A stretch of DNA of 64,000 nucleotides from a virus (IMGVR_UViG_3300045135_002242:1-64000), one strand, 5' to 3'. Numbered from the stretch's first letter, positions 8,610 through 18,776 are shown. Numbers and translations: made by a program. Notes: a model not told the origin generated them from the sequence alone.

Positions 8610-9104
8610 ATGTCTATTTCCCAAAAAAAGTATAACCGTCTTAAGGCTTACAACGATATCATTACTAAAAATAAAAAAAGTTTTAAAGCAGGCGTAACGG
8701 TAAGTCGAGCAAATTTCATTACAATGTTTGGACTAAAAGGTATCGTAGATACAGGAAACTACAAAGATGTACATAAGTCTAACCTCAAACTAGTTAAAGC
8801 TCAAACAGAAATTAATAAACTTATGAACCAAAGCGGTCTTCATGTAAAATCTTCTGACTATTATTCAGAATTTACAATCAGCAACAAAGAACGCACTAAA
8901 AATGAAATTACCCGTTACAGTGCTAAAGTAGAGCGTAATCTAATGGCTACATCTACCCTAGAAAATCAGATGAATTTGCGCCTTCAACGTAAAAACTGGG
9001 GTACCTACAACCGTCTTAAGGCTACAACTATTCGTAATCTTGATAACACACCTACGTCACCTCGACATCAAGCTGTACTGAATCGAGTAAAACACTTTAC
9101 CTAA
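8610..9104 (+). CDS. Basic hypothetical protein
   Basis: TAAGGA SD; YNRLKA occurs near both ends. Confidence 0.75.
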   Translation: MSISQKKYNRLKAYNDIITKNKKSFKAGVTVSRANFITMFGLKGIVDTGNYKDVHKSNLKLVKAQTEINKLMNQSGLHVKSSDYYSEFTISNKERTKNEITRYSAKVERNLMATSTLENQMNLRLQRKNWGTYNRLKATTIRNLDNTPTSPRHQAVLNRVKHFT

Positions 9105-9119
9105 ACTGAAGAGGCTACT

Positions 9120-10409
9120 ATGACACAAGAACGTGAAGCATTAGATGAAGCAATTACAAATATGGCAGTAAAAACTACGCCATTTCATAAAGAGTATGTT
9201 TACTACCTTCATCTGATTTCGCAGTGTAAAGTAGTATTTTCAAAAAGCCTACCTGCTGCTGCTGGTGTATCTTTTAACAAAGATCACTACGTCCTTTATC
9301 TTAACCCACTAGAAGTTATCGGGATTAGTAAGGATAAAAAAGGAAATCCAGAACCTATTCTAGGGTTCAGTACTAAAATGCCTTTAGAACAGCGTATTGG
9401 CATCCTTAAGCATGAAATGCTTCATATCATTTTAGGTCACATTCTTAGAGTAAATGATAGAGACTTTGATAAATTCAACATAGCCTCTGATTGTGCTCTT
9501 GACCAAGAAATTAAAAAAGAACACCTACCTAGCTACGCTATCTACCCAGATAATAATTTTCCCGCGAAAACTCAACCTAAGTGGGGACTTACTTCTGAAC
9601 AATATTATGATCTTATTGAACAAGATGAACTAGATAAGATGAATAAAGAAGAAGAAAAGTCTGATGATGGCAATGGTTTTGGCCCTCCAAAACTTACAAA
9701 TGGTGTAGGTGATCACACTAAATGGCTAGAATCCGAAGGTGATCCCGATCTGCAAAAAGAAATTACTAAGAATATGGCAGAGAAAGCAGGAGAACAGACA
9801 ATAAAATCTGCGGGCACTCTGCCTAGTAACTATGCCCAAATTATCGAAAATCTAAGCATTAGACGAGAAGTTGATTGGCGTCAAGTTTTGCGACGTATTG
9901 TAGGTAATAAAAAAGCTAATATTAAAAAAACCCTTATGCGGAGAGATCGTCGTATGCCGTTCGCTAATTGGATTAAAGGTAAAACCAAAGATAGGGTATT
10001 TGAGCTAGCGGTTATTTCAGACGTCTCAGGATCTGTTAGTGATAAAGCTCTTTACAATCTTTGGGGAGAAATTATCAGTATCTGTGAAATGTTTAATACT
10101 CCAGTAAATATGGTGCAGGTAGATACACAACCCACTAAGCCTGAAAAACTGACAAAGCAATCTAGGGCGGTGACCCGAAAAGCCTGCGGTGGTACTACCC
10201 TAGCTCCTGCCATTGAGATGCTAAAAGAAACTAAAACCCCTTTTGACGCTCTTGTAGTGACTACCGACGGTTATCTTTTTGATGATGATATTCAGCCCTT
10301 TAAAGATCTTAATAGACCAGTTATTTGGCTTATTGAAGAAGATGGTAAAGTAATGGATGAAATGAATCAAGGCAAAATGAGGGCTATTAAACTAAAAAAG
10401 GATGATTAA
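9120..10409 (+). CDS. Metallopeptidase-like + vWA domain protein (DUF2201 type)
   Basis: HEMLH; MIDAS DVSGS, GGT, TDG. Confidence 0.88.
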   Translation: MTQEREALDEAITNMAVKTTPFHKEYVYYLHLISQCKVVFSKSLPAAAGVSFNKDHYVLYLNPLEVIGISKDKKGNPEPILGFSTKMPLEQRIGILKHEMLHIILGHILRVNDRDFDKFNIASDCALDQEIKKEHLPSYAIYPDNNFPAKTQPKWGLTSEQYYDLIEQDELDKMNKEEEKSDDGNGFGPPKLTNGVGDHTKWLESEGDPDLQKEITKNMAEKAGEQTIKSAGTLPSNYAQIIENLSIRREVDWRQVLRRIVGNKKANIKKTLMRRDRRMPFANWIKGKTKDRVFELAVISDVSGSVSDKALYNLWGEIISICEMFNTPVNMVQVDTQPTKPEKLTKQSRAVTRKACGGTTLAPAIEMLKETKTPFDALVVTTDGYLFDDDIQPFKDLNRPVIWLIEEDGKVMDEMNQGKMRAIKLKKDD

Positions 10410-10640
10410 ATGACTGCTACAGATAAAATTGGTAATATTCTTACTAAAGGCACAAAAATTGTTTTTGCAAAAAAGAATGATGATCAAGTTCATTTTGGAA
10501 CAGTAGAAGAAGTTTTAGAACGTAATCGTATCAAAGTACGAAGAAATTCCACAGGAAGAGTATCCGTAAACGCCCGAGCAGGTAAAGAAGTCCTAAATAT
10601 CGATCATCTCGCAGAGGTATTTCCTGAATTTTTGGTCTAA
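10410..10640 (+). CDS. Small SH3/KOW-like protein with C-terminal PE-tag
   Basis: DKIGNILTKGTKIVF; ends FPEFLV. Confidence 0.75.
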   Translation: MTATDKIGNILTKGTKIVFAKKNDDQVHFGTVEEVLERNRIKVRRNSTGRVSVNARAGKEVLNIDHLAEVFPEFLV

Positions 10641-10673
10641 CTACGCCAAACAACTATAACTAAGGTATAACAT

Positions 10674-11993
10674 ATGAATATTTTTCAAGCCAAACAAGTT
10701 ATTGAGGCTGCAGATGTATGCGGTCATGTACCGCTTATTCGAGGCCTACATGGCATCGGTAAGTCCGAGTCCGCCGCACAGTATGCCAAAGAGCAAGACA
10801 TGCACTATGAGCCTCTTATTCTCTCTCTGATGGACACAGGTGATATGCTTGGTCTGCCAGAAATCGAAAAGGTAGGAGGAGTAACTTCTACTATTTGGGC
10901 AGCACCTAGCTGGTATACTAACATTGTAAATGCAGCATGGCCTGAAGCTATCAAACTACATCGTCTTCAATTTACTGACACAGACTTTCAAACGTATGTA
11001 CTAGATAACACTTACGAAAATCCAGATTATATTAGTAGGGAACATCTTAACAGTCTTTACTGTAAATACTATAAGCTGCCTAACGACCGTATCCAACTGC
11101 TTCGTCAACAAAACGTAGAATACCTTGATGGGCGCAGGTCTCTTCTTAACTTGGACGAGTTTAACCGGGCACCTGCTGATATCCTTAATGCGTCATTGCA
11201 ACTAATCCTAGATCACCGCCTCCACACCCATATCCTTCCTCTGGTACGAGGTCAAGAAACTTTGATTGTGGCCGCAGTAAACCCTGCAGATGGTGACTAT
11301 ACGGTTCAAGAGTTTGATCCTGCTTTGCAAGATCGCTTTGTTATTTGTGATGTTGACCCGGACTTTAAAGCCTGGCTTAGCTGGGCTAAATCTGCAAATG
11401 TAAACAAAATTGTAATTGATTTTCTCATCGATAATCAAAACCGTTTTCATACTACTCCTAAGGATGGTACTAAAGGGGCATCTCCTCGTTCTTGGACACG
11501 CCTAGCTAAATATATGGACCGCCTAAAGGACACTCCTCAAGATGTAATGACCCATTACGTAAAAGGTACTGTAGGCTCTAGTTTGGCAGCTCAGTTTATC
11601 TCTTTCTACAATAATTACAGTAACAATATCTCTACTAAAGATATTATTACTGCTGTAAAGAAAGAAGTCACTAAACTGAAAAAAGCAAAGAAACCTCTTA
11701 ACCCCGAAGAAATTGCACTCCCAATTACCGAAATGGTTGAAAACCTAGAAGCCGTACGGCGCTCTGACTTTGCTGAAACACTGATTAAACAGTTTATCAA
11801 CGAAGAATCAACAGAAAAAGCAATGCCTATGCTGGCTTTCTTGTACGCGCTTCCGCTAGAAAGCTTGAGCGCTGTATTGAAAACTCTTCAAAATAACAAT
11901 ATTCAGCATTATGCTACTCTTGCTAATCTGGATAAAGAAGCAAACAACAAAGGTTTGTTTGTGAAACTAGTGTCAAAAGTAAAGGAAATGTAG
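10674..11993 (+). CDS. MoxR-like AAA+ ATPase
   Basis: GLHGIGKS, LDEFNRA, AAVNP, DPALQDRF, SPRSW. Confidence 0.9.
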   Translation: MNIFQAKQVIEAADVCGHVPLIRGLHGIGKSESAAQYAKEQDMHYEPLILSLMDTGDMLGLPEIEKVGGVTSTIWAAPSWYTNIVNAAWPEAIKLHRLQFTDTDFQTYVLDNTYENPDYISREHLNSLYCKYYKLPNDRIQLLRQQNVEYLDGRRSLLNLDEFNRAPADILNASLQLILDHRLHTHILPLVRGQETLIVAAVNPADGDYTVQEFDPALQDRFVICDVDPDFKAWLSWAKSANVNKIVIDFLIDNQNRFHTTPKDGTKGASPRSWTRLAKYMDRLKDTPQDVMTHYVKGTVGSSLAAQFISFYNNYSNNISTKDIITAVKKEVTKLKKAKKPLNPEEIALPITEMVENLEAVRRSDFAETLIKQFINEESTEKAMPMLAFLYALPLESLSAVLKTLQNNNIQHYATLANLDKEANNKGLFVKLVSKVKEM

Positions 11994-12662
11994 ATGCAAG
12001 TTAAACTTATTGGTTATACTCAACCAGCTAATGATATTGGTCTAGAAGATGTACAGGAACTTATTTCCTTTTGTGCTCGGGTTTCTAACCCTTCCAATCA
12101 AATGAATATGGAAACTTCAGAAAAACTTCTAAAGTATCTTGCTAAACATCAGCATTGGTCCCCTTTTGAGATGGCTTCTGCAGTAATGGAAGTAGACACA
12201 ACTCGAGACATTGCTCGACAATTTTTGCGCCATCGTTCTTTTTATTTCCAAGAATTTAGTCAACGATACGCTAACCCAGAAGAATTTGGGGACCAATTTG
12301 TGTATCGAGAAGCTAGGCTTCAAGACCACAAAAATCGGCAAAACTCTATTGAACTAGGGGAAAACGATTCTGATATCAAATTTGAATGGTTTAATCAACA
12401 ACAAAAAGTAATTGATGCAGCCACAAAAGCTTATAACTGGGCCATTAAAAATGATATTGCTAAAGAACAGGCTCGAGTAGTACTACCTGAAGGTAACACT
12501 GTTTCGCGTCTTTATGTACATGGTACTATCCGTTCTTGGATTCACTATATTGAACTTCGTTCTAAAGAAGGCACCCAAAAAGAGCATATTGAACTAGCGA
12601 AAGCTTGTGCAGAGGCAATCACCAAAATTTTTCCTCTTGCAAAGAACTATGTAGCTAAGTAA
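11994..12662 (+). CDS. thyX: Flavin-dependent thymidylate synthase
   Basis: HWSPFE and RHRSFYFQEFSQRY ThyX motif. Confidence 0.95.
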   Translation: MQVKLIGYTQPANDIGLEDVQELISFCARVSNPSNQMNMETSEKLLKYLAKHQHWSPFEMASAVMEVDTTRDIARQFLRHRSFYFQEFSQRYANPEEFGDQFVYREARLQDHKNRQNSIELGENDSDIKFEWFNQQQKVIDAATKAYNWAIKNDIAKEQARVVLPEGNTVSRLYVHGTIRSWIHYIELRSKEGTQKEHIELAKACAEAITKIFPLAKNYVAK

Positions 12663-12666
12663 CATT

Positions 12667-12700
12667 AAGGAGGACTTACATTCGTAAGTCTTCCTTTCCT
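12667..12700 (+). terminator. Probable terminator hairpin
   Basis: AAGGAGGACTTAC-ATTC-GTAAGTCTTCCTT then pyrimidine tract. Confidence 0.6.
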
Positions 12701-12721
12701 TATCATGGTGTTACTAATAAT

Positions 12722-13432
12722 ATGGCTAGACCAAAAAAATCTAAAAAAACCCTTTTATCCGACAATAGCTTAAAGCTAGTGGATATTAACCCACTAACGG
12801 AAAATCAAACTAAGTTCTTTGCAAATTATGGTAAAGGTACTTCTCAAGCTTTGATAGGCTATCCAGGAACAGGAAAAACTTTTATGGCGTTATACAACGC
12901 TTTCAAAGAACTAGATAACCCAAATACGGAGTACAAAAGGATTGTAGTGGTTAGATCTGCAGTACCAACAAGAGACGTAGGGTTCTTGCCCGGTACTTTA
13001 GCAGAAAAATCAGAAGTATATGAGCTTCCCTACAAATCAATTTGTACTGAATTATTTGGTAGGTCAGACGCCTATGAAATTCTTAAAAAGCGTAGAACTA
13101 TTGAGTTTTTAACTACCTCTTTTATTAGGGGTATCACCCTAGATCGTACTATTATTATTGTAGACGAACTACAAAATATGACTGCTCATGAAGCAGATTC
13201 TATCCTAACTAGGGTGGGAAACTATAGCAAAATTATCTTCTGTGGTGATATTCTTCAAAGAGATTTAAACAAAACCTCAGAAAAAAATATCGAATCTTTT
13301 ATCAAAGTCCTTAAAACTATGGCAAACGATTTTGATTTCACCTACTTTAACGAAAATGATATTGTAAGAAGCGGATTGGTAGGAAACTACATTAAACATA
13401 AACATAAGGTATTTCCGGATGGTTATACTTAA
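12722..13432 (+). CDS. phoH: PhoH-family ATPase
   Basis: GYPGTGKT, GFLPGT, RGITL, DELQN, GDxxQ, DIVRS. Confidence 0.93.
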   Translation: MARPKKSKKTLLSDNSLKLVDINPLTENQTKFFANYGKGTSQALIGYPGTGKTFMALYNAFKELDNPNTEYKRIVVVRSAVPTRDVGFLPGTLAEKSEVYELPYKSICTELFGRSDAYEILKKRRTIEFLTTSFIRGITLDRTIIIVDELQNMTAHEADSILTRVGNYSKIIFCGDILQRDLNKTSEKNIESFIKVLKTMANDFDFTYFNENDIVRSGLVGNYIKHKHKVFPDGYT

Positions 13433-13443
13433 AAGTTATTAGT

Positions 13444-13479
13444 GTTAGCCATCCTGCAACTTACTGCAGGGTGGTTAAC
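13444..13479 (+). promoter_or_regulatory. Long hairpin covering the RBS of the next gene
   Basis: GTTAGCCATCCTGCA/TGCAGGGTGGTTAAC ends 2 nt before ATG 13482. Confidence 0.55.
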
Positions 13480-13481
13480 TT

Positions 13482-14177
13482 ATGCAAAATACTAAATACT
13501 CTTGGGAAGAATTTTCCCAAATCCTAATGGATAAAAATCCTCGTTCATTTTTTGATAATCTTCTAAAAAATGATCAACTACAAACTACTTTCCCTGAAAT
13601 TTACCTGCTTAAAACCGCTCTAGAATGCCGTCGTTGGCATCCTGAGGGGGATGCATATGAACACACTATGCTGGTACTCACACAGGCTGTACGGCACTCT
13701 CTGGACCTGCCTAGCACCTTTGCAGCATTAGTGCATGATTTCGGTAAAGCAGTATCCCCAAGAAAAACATTGCCTAAACATTATGGGCATGAGATTAAAG
13801 GGATACCTATTGTAGAAGCTTTTGCTGATCGTATAGGGGCACCTTTATACATTAAAAACTTAGCGGCAAAAGCAACTAGGTACCATATGTATATGCATAA
13901 ATTAGGCCAACTAAACCCAAAAACTGTTGTAAAAATGTTTGATGACATGCAAGCAATCATAAACCCAAAAACAGTAGATGTTCTATATAATGTAGGAGTT
14001 GTAGATACACGTGGGAAACTAGGGTCAGAATTGGCTCCTATTGACCATTTGTATTTGCTTTACGATTACTTTACTGCATACAAGTCAGTTACATTTCCAA
14101 AGAATTATACTTCTGAACAAGCTAAATTTACTGAACGAGTAAAAGAAGTCAAAAGGGTAAAAAATGAAAGAATTTAA
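13482..14177 (+). CDS. HD-domain phosphohydrolase, like the C-terminal half of the multifunctional CCA enzyme
   Basis: WHPEGDAYEHTMLVL, LVHDFGKA, HYGHE. Confidence 0.85.
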   Translation: MQNTKYSWEEFSQILMDKNPRSFFDNLLKNDQLQTTFPEIYLLKTALECRRWHPEGDAYEHTMLVLTQAVRHSLDLPSTFAALVHDFGKAVSPRKTLPKHYGHEIKGIPIVEAFADRIGAPLYIKNLAAKATRYHMYMHKLGQLNPKTVVKMFDDMQAIINPKTVDVLYNVGVVDTRGKLGSELAPIDHLYLLYDYFTAYKSVTFPKNYTSEQAKFTERVKEVKRVKNERI

Positions 14178-14577
14178 AGTTAACCGCAGCTCTTGGCATT
14201 ACAAACTAAACCAACATTTTCTTAATGAAGATGGGGTTACCCAGTATAGTATGGAGCGGTTCTGGGAGCCCAAAGTCAACAACTTCTGCGCATATTGGAG
14301 AGCAACAATTGTCCGGTTGGTAGCTGCAACTACCTCGCTCTCTATCGCTATAGCAGCCGTGGTTGGTATTTCCATTCTAAGTATTCAAAATCCTTGGAAG
14401 GCTTTCAGTGTGGTTAGCGTAATCATCGCAATTCTCGCAGCATTGTTTAGCTTTTTTATGTTTTTTGTTGGGCTCGGGAAAGCAAAAAAGGTCTTCAATA
14501 ATTCCGATAGTTTGATTGTAACTAAAATTAAAACTTACAAAGCTAAAATCTGTCCTAATGTAACATATGGTAAATAA
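14164..14577 (+). CDS. Membrane protein
   Basis: SWHY...NFCAYWR then two hydrophobic segments. Confidence 0.75.
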   Translation: MKEFKVNRSSWHYKLNQHFLNEDGVTQYSMERFWEPKVNNFCAYWRATIVRLVAATTSLSIAIAAVVGISILSIQNPWKAFSVVSVIIAILAALFSFFMFFVGLGKAKKVFNNSDSLIVTKIKTYKAKICPNVTYGK

Positions 14578-14832
14578 ATGAAAATTGATATTAAAACTGC
14601 GGTAGACTTCTATGTATGCGAAACTTGTGGAATGGATTATGCTACAGGAGGCAAGGTATATGTAGACGGAAAACTAATTCTGGAAAAAGTAGCATCTGCA
14701 CATTGCTATGACGGAAGGTCGTATTCAGAAGAAGAACTACTAATTCTCGCTCTTGAAAAAATGGGTCATACATTGACTGTAGATGGTGAACCATTCCACA
14801 TTATGATGACAGATGCAAGAGAGGATTTGTGA
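14578..14832 (+). CDS. Hypothetical protein
   Basis: CETCG motif. Confidence 0.7.
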   Translation: MKIDIKTAVDFYVCETCGMDYATGGKVYVDGKLILEKVASAHCYDGRSYSEEELLILALEKMGHTLTVDGEPFHIMMTDAREDL

Positions 14833-15041
14833 TGAAATCATATATCTATAGCAAGAGTGATTGGGCATATGAACTCATTGATGTGTTTCTTGGTCTATTT
14901 GACAAGGATGGTGAAGAACTAGTTGAAGAATTTCATTTGAAAGGTTTTGATGACGTGGAATGGCGAGAAGCAAAAGAATTTGCCAAAATGGTATCAGAAG
15001 CAACCAATGTCGAATACATTGGAGATAGGACAGATACATAA
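14829..15041 (+). CDS. Hypothetical protein
   Basis: Coupled ORF with GAGG SD. Confidence 0.65.
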   Translation: MMKSYIYSKSDWAYELIDVFLGLFDKDGEELVEEFHLKGFDDVEWREAKEFAKMVSEATNVEYIGDRTDT

Positions 15042-15214
15042 TGGCAAATGAGATAAGTAGGGTCAATCGTAAAATTAAAGCCGCGATGAAGAGGTTTATT
15101 GATAAAGAAGATGATACAGCCTTTCGTAGCATTATAACCCTAGCAAAGAAACGAGAAGATCTTTTAAAGTCTCGACCGTTCAAACCAAAGAACAAAGATA
15201 GCGATGAAAACTAA
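15041..15214 (+). CDS. Hypothetical 57-aa basic protein (not in ORF track)
   Basis: TAATG overlap; MANEISRVNRKIKAAMKR... Confidence 0.55.
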   Translation: MANEISRVNRKIKAAMKRFIDKEDDTAFRSIITLAKKREDLLKSRPFKPKNKDSDEN

Positions 15215-15497
15215 TTGTATAATCTGTAAGCGTGAAGTCGAAAATTGGGATGAAGCGTACCCAGAAGACGCCCTAAAAGTTCATCCTATTGGCGGAACCT
15301 CATTTCGCACATATGGGCACTATGGTTCGTCTGTGTTCGACCCAATGGATGCTTCGTATATAGAGGTGGTATTTTGTGATCCTTGCCTAACACAACATTT
15401 AGATTATACCTACAAAGGTGTAAACAAACAACGTGAAAACGAGTTGGAAAAACAACGCAAAGAGCAAGATAAATTATTGGACTGGATTTTAGGATAG
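15204..15497 (+). CDS. Hypothetical zinc-binding protein
   Basis: CIIC...GHYGS...CDPC. Confidence 0.7.
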   Translation: MKTNCIICKREVENWDEAYPEDALKVHPIGGTSFRTYGHYGSSVFDPMDASYIEVVFCDPCLTQHLDYTYKGVNKQRENELEKQRKEQDKLLDWILG

Positions 15498-15523
15498 GTA
15501 GTGAGATTAAACAAGGCTCTAAA

Positions 15524-16057
15524 ATGACTATACTCGATCATCTTCGTTCCCGCTACTTCGATACAAATCTTCACCGGGTTTGGGTTGATGAAAATGGTCG
15601 AGTGGCTGTGTTTCCTATATGGAATCTCAGTGGACAACTTATTGGATATCAGCAGTATAAACCTGACGCCAATAAGGTTATTAGTAACAACCCCCACAAA
15701 AGTCGATATTTCACTCGTTTGAAGGATAAAAAAATTGGGGTGTGGGGTTTAGAATCGTGGAACTTGTCCAACACATTATTTGTAACAGAAGGAATCTTTG
15801 ATGCTTGTAGGATTACTAACCATGGCCATAGTGCTATTTGCGTATTCGGGAATAGTGTATCAAGCAGCACGATGCGGTGGTTTGAAACCGTTCGCAAGTT
15901 TCGTCCTGTCGTTGCTGTGTGCGATGATGATGATAGTGGCCGCAAGCTTGCACGCCTGGGTCTTCTTTCTGTAACGGTTGAAGGATATAAAGACTTAGGT
16001 GATGCATCAGAAGACTATGTAAAAGAGCTTTGCAAAAAATACTCCAAACTATACTGA
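15524..16057 (+). CDS. Stand-alone Toprim (DnaG-like primase fragment)
   Basis: VFPIWN..G..IGYQ, FVTEGIFDA, VCDDDDSG, KDLGD. Confidence 0.85.
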   Translation: MTILDHLRSRYFDTNLHRVWVDENGRVAVFPIWNLSGQLIGYQQYKPDANKVISNNPHKSRYFTRLKDKKIGVWGLESWNLSNTLFVTEGIFDACRITNHGHSAICVFGNSVSSSTMRWFETVRKFRPVVAVCDDDDSGRKLARLGLLSVTVEGYKDLGDASEDYVKELCKKYSKLY

Positions 16058-16088
16058 AACTCTCAACCAAATTTTCAAAAGGGTTAAA

Positions 16089-17222
16089 ATGCAAGTAGTA
16101 ACTACTTCTCAAGCACTTTTCAAACGTGATTCTACTGGTAAAATTCGAACATGGTATTCTGAAACAGGTACCGATGGTGTCAATTGGGGATGGCGTACAA
16201 ACTCCGGCATTCATGATGGAAAAATCGTAACGTCTGACTGGAAGATCGTCGACCAAAAGAATGTCGGTAAGGCTAACGAGACGTCCCTCGAACAACAAGC
16301 AGACGCAGAAGCTCATGCTGAGCTCGTGAAAAAACGTGATCGTGGTTATTTCGATCAAATTTCTGACATCGACAAGTTTGATAAAATTAAGCCTATGCTG
16401 GCTTCAAAGTATGAAGACCACAAGTTCGATTACGTAAAGAACTACTACTTCTCTCAGCCAAAGCTTGATGGGATTCGTTGTGTTGCACGTGCTAATGGGC
16501 TATACACTCGTGCAGGCAAGCAGATCGTAGCAGCTCCTCACATTGAGAAACAGCTTAGTGCTTTGTTTTCAAAATATCCCAATTTGGTTCTTGATGGGGA
16601 ACTGTACAACCATGACCTGAAAGACGATTTCAACAAGATCACGTCTCTTGTGCGTAAGGCTAAACCAAAGCCAGAAGATCTTGTAGAGACTGCGTCCCTC
16701 GTACAATATCACGTGTATGACGTTATCCGCATGCCTGATGCCAACCAGCCATCATTCTCTGACAGGATCAATTGGATTATTCAACAGGGGTTTAAAGGCT
16801 CAGTGCAGGTTGTCAATACTAAAGCAATTATCGACTCACAGTCAGTGGATGATTTGTATGGTGGATATCTCCAAGCCGGATATGAGGGCCAGATGATTCG
16901 TGTAGACGCTCTATACCAAGAGAACAAAAGATCCAAGACGTTGATTAAACGCAAAGAGTTTTTGAGCGATGAGTTCAAGGTTGTCAGCGTCGAAGAAGGA
17001 AAGGGCAACTGGTCTGGATACATCAAGCGATTTGTCCTCGAGATGCCTGATGGTACTCAATTTGGCTCTGGTGTTCGGGGTAACCAAGATGTGTTGAAGG
17101 CGCTGTTCGAAAATAATGAAAAGCCCAGCTGGGCGACGTGTCGGTACTTCACGCCAACACCAGATGGCATTCCACGTTTCCCAGTTGTTATTGATTGGGG
17201 AACAGGTCAAAGAGAGGACTGA
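16089..17222 (+). CDS. ATP-dependent DNA ligase
   Basis: QPKLDGIRC, LDGELY, EGQMIR, KRK. Confidence 0.93.
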   Translation: MQVVTTSQALFKRDSTGKIRTWYSETGTDGVNWGWRTNSGIHDGKIVTSDWKIVDQKNVGKANETSLEQQADAEAHAELVKKRDRGYFDQISDIDKFDKIKPMLASKYEDHKFDYVKNYYFSQPKLDGIRCVARANGLYTRAGKQIVAAPHIEKQLSALFSKYPNLVLDGELYNHDLKDDFNKITSLVRKAKPKPEDLVETASLVQYHVYDVIRMPDANQPSFSDRINWIIQQGFKGSVQVVNTKAIIDSQSVDDLYGGYLQAGYEGQMIRVDALYQENKRSKTLIKRKEFLSDEFKVVSVEEGKGNWSGYIKRFVLEMPDGTQFGSGVRGNQDVLKALFENNEKPSWATCRYFTPTPDGIPRFPVVIDWGTGQRED

Positions 17223-17225
17223 TAA

Positions 17226-17723
17226 ATGTCTGATAACCAAATAAGCAGCACTGGTGAAAGAACAATGAAGCTTTTTATTGATTGTGAGTTTAATGAATTT
17301 GGGGGCGACTTGCTCTCAATGGCTATCGTTTCTGAAAATGGCGATGAATTCTATGAGGTGCTCAATCTCGAGAACGATTTGGGGTATGGGCCGTGGGTTC
17401 AGAAGAATGTTCTTCCGATCCTGAACAAAGATCCAATCTCCAAAGAACTCTTCCATTCCAAGCTGTGGCACTTCATCCATCAATGGAAAGAGGTTCATAT
17501 TATTGCTGATTGGCCAGATGACATCAAATATTTCTGTGAATCTCTTATCAGAAGCCCTGGAGTATGTATGACCACCCCTCCCACACTAACCATGCAAATA
17601 GATCGCGAACTCAACACTAGCACAAGTGCGATCTTACACAATGCGCTTGAAGACGCTCGAGCCATCAAGCGTAGTTGGGAACGTCGCAAAAAAGAGATAA
17701 ATGGGTATGGAGTGGAACAATGA
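17226..17723 (+). CDS. DEDDh 3'-5' exoribonuclease-like protein
   Basis: FIDCEFNEFGG, ADWPDD, HNALEDA. Confidence 0.8.
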   Translation: MSDNQISSTGERTMKLFIDCEFNEFGGDLLSMAIVSENGDEFYEVLNLENDLGYGPWVQKNVLPILNKDPISKELFHSKLWHFIHQWKEVHIIADWPDDIKYFCESLIRSPGVCMTTPPTLTMQIDRELNTSTSAILHNALEDARAIKRSWERRKKEINGYGVEQ

Positions 17724-17944
17724 AACTGTCCGTAACTGAGTTTGCTATGCACAAACAAAATGAGAGTCCGATCCTCGGAAAGAACCTCACCCTCATAAAA
17801 CTTGATGATTTGGGTAGTGGTTATTTTATCAAGATCGTCCAGTATGGTGATGGCGACGTCAATGAGATCCAGCTCAACTTCGAGGATATTGAGTTTGTTG
17901 TCAAAGCAATCGAAATGCTTAGGGAAGGCACTTGTAAGTGCTGA
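17720..17944 (+). CDS. Hypothetical protein
   Basis: ATGA overlap, GGAG SD. Confidence 0.65.
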   Translation: MKLSVTEFAMHKQNESPILGKNLTLIKLDDLGSGYFIKIVQYGDGDVNEIQLNFEDIEFVVKAIEMLREGTCKC

Positions 17945-18165
17945 AAGAACAACAATATGACGCTCTAGTTAAAGAACTATTCAGGTTGCTTGACATAACC
18001 GAAGAGACTGATGATGGTCGTGTGTTTCATCCTAATCAAATCTCTTCTTGTCGTGCACTTGATGCAGAGAAGCTAAACAAAGTTTTGATTGAACTGAAAC
18101 GTACTTTAGATGATTTTGGATAACACAATGGGTAATTGTAATTGGCCAGAAGGCACTTGTAAGTG
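17924..18165 (+). repeat. 17-nt direct repeats (17924..17940, 18149..18165) with palindromic core
   Basis: GAAGGCACTTGTAAGTG twice, flanking ORF 17938..18123. Confidence 0.85.
17938..18123 (+). CDS. Hypothetical protein
   Basis: 61 aa, GTG start inside the repeat. Confidence 0.65.
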   Translation: MLKEQQYDALVKELFRLLDITEETDDGRVFHPNQISSCRALDAEKLNKVLIELKRTLDDFG

Positions 18166-18436
18166 TTGGGAGAAAGAACAAACTAAGCCTGATCCGTATG
18201 ACCGTGTTTGGATGCACTGTGAACAAGGACTGAGTTTCACCAAAGCCAGTATGTCTCGCTTTGTGATGTTCTGTCTTGGTAACAATGTTCATATCGAACA
18301 AATCCACCCTTTCAACAAAGATTTTACAGGTTGTCAAGTCTCTGCCGTAGTTCGTATTCATCCTTCGCAGTTTGAAGCGTTTGAAAAAGAGACTAAAGGC
18401 AAACTTCATAAACCACCTGTAATTAAATTGAACTGA
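18110..18436 (+). CDS. Hypothetical protein
   Basis: 108-aa ORF. Confidence 0.65.
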   Translation: MILDNTMGNCNWPEGTCKCWEKEQTKPDPYDRVWMHCEQGLSFTKASMSRFVMFCLGNNVHIEQIHPFNKDFTGCQVSAVVRIHPSQFEAFEKETKGKLHKPPVIKLN

Positions 18437-18446
18437 GGGATATATT

Positions 18447-18776
18447 ATGGCTGGAACATACTACCCAGATAACTGGGTGATTATTAAACTCAAAGGGAGC
18501 GATCCCCACTACCGCGTCCTCGCTGGTTGGTCTGGTGGATATACTCAAGGTAGTTCGTGGCAATTGAATAGCGGGATTACGCGTGTCGAGGAAACAGAGA
18601 ATGAGTATCTGTTTTATGGTAGTAGTGGTTCCTGTTACGTTTGTGGAAAGAGCTCATACTGTTTGCGTACAAATAACGCGTATGTTTGGAATCAGCTTGA
18701 GGAACAACATGGTGACTTAGTTGAGCTGATGGATGAGAACACTGATTGGATGACAGTAGACTGGATTATAAAATGA
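18447..18776 (+). CDS. Conserved phage hypothetical protein
   Basis: PDNWV...WSGGY..GSSWQLNSGI...GSSGSCY pattern recalled from large phages. Confidence 0.75.
   Translation: MAGTYYPDNWVIIKLKGSDPHYRVLAGWSGGYTQGSSWQLNSGITRVEETENEYLFYGSSGSCYVCGKSSYCLRTNNAYVWNQLEEQHGDLVELMDENTDWMTVDWIIK

Noticed and set aside
8630-9025. 15-nt repeat AACCGTCTTAAGGCT within one gene
   Set aside because: Encodes a short internal peptide repeat (YNRLKA); no sign of mobility.
9120-11993. vWA + MoxR AAA pair as a novel system
   Set aside because: This pair is already known in N4-like and other phages; it is relevant here only as a candidate PE-tag reader.
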